From Catajapyx aquilonaris (taxonomy: Eukaryota): a DNA stretch of 53,406 nucleotides. The position numbers and the translations under genes are program-made. The stretch is from the NCBI GenBank assembly GCA_000934665.2, contig KZ538692.1, positions 1 to 53,406 of the forward strand, read 5' to 3'. The notes below the pieces were generated by a model that saw nothing but the letters and a program-made list of their open reading frames with translations, searched no databases and was not told the DNA's origin. How positions within the stretch are numbered: position 1 is the first letter of the stretch; every line of letters begins with the position of its first letter. Shown here in pieces: positions 49,446 through 53,406 of the stretch.

Positions 49446-49790
49446 CTAATGGGTATTGCTAGGGAAAAGGAAGTGGCTGTGGGTGTATTGACCACATGTG
49501 GCGGTGGATTGCCTCCACCGATCTAAAGAGGCATCATTACCTGATCGTCCTCGGTTATTGCAGAACATGTGCAGAAGTGATAATTGAACCTCTGCAGTTT
49601 TGCAGATAACGAAAGTTGGGCCAAATAACTCCTGCAGCTGTGGCATCAGAAATTTCTGAAGCAAATCCAGGCATGTCATACTTGTGACAGTGACCTGTGC
49701 TATTCTAGTATTCTGACCTGCAAATTGTGAGCCTCCATGGCTCCTACCCACCAAGTCACGTAACCCACCATGCGCCTTTTTTCCCACTCA
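49446..49790 (-). pseudogene. Tc1/mariner transposase remnant
   Basis: TVTSMTCLDLLQKFLMPQLQE resembles the TVTG..YLDML..FL.PQL segment of mariner-like DDD transposases; the rest is degenerate. Confidence 0.5.
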
Positions 49791-50088
49791 GTTTCCCTCT
49801 TACCCCGTAGTTCAACGATACAGTGCCATCTGTATAGCGGGAATAAAACTTCACTATATGTCGTGACCTCAAAAGAAACTTGGATCAGCATGCCAGAATT
49901 CTTCAAGCGTCCTTTTTAGGCTAATTTATTGACAGGTATGATACTGATTCTTGTCACTGTAATTAATGTTATCACCGAAGCAGTTTGGAGGAGGCTATCC
50001 CAAAGAGCACAGTAAAATGAAAAGCAATAGAGTTCCAGGCAAAACAAACTTCCCCCCTAAAGAGCCGATGGCTGATAACGGGGTATGA

Positions 50089-50173
<85 letters not shown>
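50089..50173. repeat. (ATT)n microsatellite
   Basis: About 28 uninterrupted ATT units. Confidence 0.97.
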
Positions 50174-50177
<4 letters not shown>

Positions 50178-50819
50178 TATCATCTGAAGTAAGGTCTGTA
50201 ATTTTGTAATTACAGGGTGAGATATCATAAAACATGATAAAACGTGATGGCAATGCAATGGACTCATAAAAGAATTGTAGCAAATAAGGCAGGTAATGTC
50301 GAGGGCACCTAATTTGCATAGTTCGCTAGGATTTTTTGTGCGTAGATACTTGATAGTGCTTACTAGAGAAGTGAACATGAACTTAAAAGTGTGCGACCAT
50401 TTTTTGCATTGTGTGTCATTATTTTAGTGTTCGTTAATGTCAGTGTTAGTCAACAATTAGTGTTAGTCTTGAAAATTGCAAATTCGCCATATTGCGATCC
50501 CCGTCTCTAGGATCAGGGGGCACTCTTTTGCAATATTATTATATCTGTCACTTTCCTAGAAGGCGATATCAAATATCTACTCACCAAAATTTTTAGCGTA
50601 CCAAGCAAACTAGATATGGTACTCTACGTACGTGGTATACTTGTTAGGATTATTTCTTGGGTCTGTTTCGGCAAGAGAAACAACGTAACTTCTGCCACAG
50701 TATAATTTATTGTGTGCAGAGATAATGAATCTCAACGAAGTGAATTCTTAATATAGCCGGGGATCCGTCTCGTCTTGTGACGCACTTCTGAGTCATTGAA
50801 TTGAAAATGCTACCTTTTA

Positions 50820-51015
50820 CATATATGGACGAAGCTTGCATCGCATTATAGATTCGTTGGCGGTCTTGCCAAAGTGTATGAATCTGTATTCTCATTTACG
50901 GAGGTGGTCGACCTGTTCGTCTACCACGTTCCTTTTGGTCTCCCTAAAGCCATTGTTTCACCCAGAATTCATACATGATCGTAATGTGCATCCCGGTGCA
51001 TCCCATATCCCAAGG
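50820..51015 (-). mobile_element. Possible RTE-clade LINE 3' remnant
   Basis: Minus strand reads GRPKGTW and, downstream, QDRQR, resembling RTE ORF2 C-termini; heavily degenerate. Confidence 0.3.
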
Positions 51016-51376
51016 TCGATGCATTTCTTCGGATGTTAGCAAACAAGTCTGGGGAAAATAGTGTCTGGTATGTAGACATCCCAAACAATGCCATGTTATC
51101 TCTATGCCTTAGATTCCGCATCGCAGCGATTCCTGGAAATTAGTGAAAGTTGTTATTATGGGTAGGGCATGCTTCGTTCACGTGTCGAGGCTGATGTTGA
51201 CGCACGTGGAGGACGCAGTTTGTATGTGGGGCGACGAGATGCAAGGCAACGACCTAGTTAGAAAATGCAACCCTTCCATTATTCCCTATGACGCGTTTTA
51301 TGACCCTGAGAAATGAACGTAATCTGACTGCACAAGCGGTCGGGGGGGGGGGGGGGTCTTNGGGGGTCTTACGTGA

Positions 51377-51401
51377 CAACAACAACAACAACAACAACAA
51401 C
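51377..51401. repeat. (CAA)n microsatellite
   Basis: About 8 CAA units. Confidence 0.9.
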
Positions 51402-52240
51402 TGCAGCCAAAATATGAACTTGCGTCATATCGGAAGGTCAGGCGTTGATGGCATTGATGCTTCATAACAATGTCGAGGCTTGTTGTGTTACGTAATATGT
51501 ATTCGGTAGCGGGCCCGGCCAGTGTAGGTCTAATGATAAGTAGTCGGGGCAATGTCCTGTATTGTAGGTCGCACGTGTAGACATAATGGGGCAAGGTTGG
51601 GTGTGCAAGCATCATGCTGCAATCACCCAGTAGAGGAGGGCCGAGAGTGACGTTTATCGTGGCCCACTTTTTGGGCAGGGAGCGATGTACTCCCGGTAGA
51701 AAGCTGTAAGAAGGTTAGGTAGTTCGTGATGCACGGTTTGGAACGCAGATTTTTTTTTAAACGTGGAAAATAAATGTTTCCGTCAGTTAGTATTGACGTA
51801 ATAGGACTAATATGACGTCAGTGAGACAAGTTTTGTTGTCAGTCTCACGCCGCGCCGTGAACCGGCCTGGAGGCAAACTGGTTTTGTTGATAAACGTCAT
51901 ACCTGAAGCGGTATTTTCCGGAACACAGTGGATGAAGGAAGTCGGGGTCTGGGGGTGCTGACTAGTGGCGGCTTTCCCAAGGTCTTTGTATAGTATAAAA
52001 AATAGATAACACCACGGTCTGTTGATGTATACAAAGCTTGGATATAGACAAACTCGAGATGCGGACCCATTGCACTTTATGTGCCGTCAGATATGCGCTT
52101 CAGACAGGTCATTAATGTTGTTGGCAAGTGGTGATATGCAATTTGGAGAGTGAATTTTGGCTGAGGATGTGGATTGCCAATGGCATTACCCCCCTACCCC
52201 CGCCTACCCCCACTTCCACACACACACACACACACACACT

Positions 52241-52573
52241 CTTGTCTTGACTAAGGCGTGGGGACGGACATTGATCACTTTTCACTGCGAGTGTAAACTG
52301 ATCTAACCTAACCTAACCTAACCTAACCTACCCTACCCTACCTAACCTACCCTACCCTAAGTAACCTAGGCTGAGAAAAATGGACTTTTGTGAAACCCTA
52401 CAAATGAAAATAGTGGGGACATGTCCCCACTAATTTACACATGTCCCCACTGTAATGGTACACTTCGCGTGTGTGAGACTGTGGGGACCGACAAATGTCC
52501 CCACAATTGGAACTGGTCCCCACAGCTACAGTAAAACCACAGACTTCCGTCCCCAGACCTTAGTCAAGACCTG
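52241..52573. mobile_element. TIR element inserted in a (CA)n tract, carrying (CCTAA)n; EnSpm/CMC-like
   Basis: TIR GTCTTGACTAAGG.GTGGGGACGGA / TCCGTCCCCAGACCTTAGTCAAGAC; CA repeats on both flanks; reiterated GTGGGGAC/GTCCCCAC; CCTAA/CCTAC run at 52303-52348. Confidence 0.75.
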
Positions 52574-53406
52574 ATCACACACACAATACATGGCAGATGT
52601 GGCTTTTTTTAATTACCATGGCAGATTTGGGGATTGCCTTTGAAATGTCTGTCTTGATTGGTAGACATTGAGAGTGGGAGGAATTTTAAATGAGACTGGG
52701 ACCTGCCCAGACCTTGCCAAGTATCACACACTATCAGAATCCATAAAGCCTGAATTATGATGTTTTAGTATAGTACAACTCATAGAATGAGGACTGAAAA
52801 CCTCGAAAGTACCCGTAACCAGTTACAGATATGGTAATATAAGTAGCCTAATCTGTTCAGACACACACAGATTACTGGTGAATGACAATTTGCGTGTGGC
52901 TGGTTGTATGAACATATAAAGTTATCTTAAGATTTAGCTGTTGTTTGCATCTAGACTGACTGTAGTTAATCATAACTCATGTTGATACAATGGGGAAGTA
53001 GCCTTGGTCTGGGATTTGGGATTTTTGTTCATAACTAGCTAGCCCAGGCCTGTAAACATACATTCCATCACTCTGTTGCATCAAAATGACATTACAGGAT
53101 AAATTACGGCACATTTAAAAGTGCCTTCAAAATTGGCGGGAAAAACGCGGAAGCCAATCGAAGGGGTACACTGAAGTGCCTGGTTGACTGCGAGATATGA
53201 GGAATTTGACTTTGAATTAACCGCGGACACGACGGAAAGCATTCGCAAGGCGGCTGTAGGCCATCGAGGTGAAGAAGGGGGGCCTTCATGTGCCGAATTC
53301 GTGTGACAGATAATGGGGAAGTAGCCTTCATTTTGGAAACTACATAATAAATTCGCCCATATTTTTTGGATTTTTTTTGGCATATTCCGTTTTAAGATAT
53401 CAGCTT

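Noticed and set aside
49972..50378. Poly-Asn and poly-Ile ORFs
   Set aside because: Artefacts of the (ATT)n microsatellite.
52303..52348. True telomere or chromosome-fusion scar
   Set aside because: Short, degenerate and internal to a TIR element.

Overview
Eukaryotic genomic DNA, most likely arthropod (57-78 nt minimal introns, TTAGG-type repeats, tRNA-derived SINEs), with short N gaps. I built GT-AG, phase-consistent gene models by hand for four recognisable genes: the terminal exon of ZFYVE26/spastizin (+), RRP36 (+, 3 exons), mRpL11 (-, 2 exons) and, head-to-head with mRpL11, GNPAT/DHAPAT (+, 7 coding exons, about 690 aa, ending in the PTS1 signal AKL). Two further spliced genes have no name I can assign. 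One is a 399-aa Lys/Ser/Thr/Pro-rich protein with a 27-bp repeat and a Cys-rich hydrophobic C-terminal tail (-). The other is a 363-aa low-complexity protein with a VDCSVEYDLP...PLLMIHPAY core (+). There are also two candidate microprotein genes. Intergenic and intronic DNA is dense with non-autonomous DNA transposons (Tc1/mariner, hAT, PIF/Harbinger, pogo, piggyBac-like, EnSpm-like), many of them near-perfect palindromes and several nested, plus four tRNA-SINE types, one with a V-SINE-like core. I found no CRISPR array or prokaryote-type system and no clearly new multi-gene system. The best leads are the orphan and microprotein genes, the long hairpin elements and a possible recursive splice site. 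Homology calls come from remembered motifs, not database searches.
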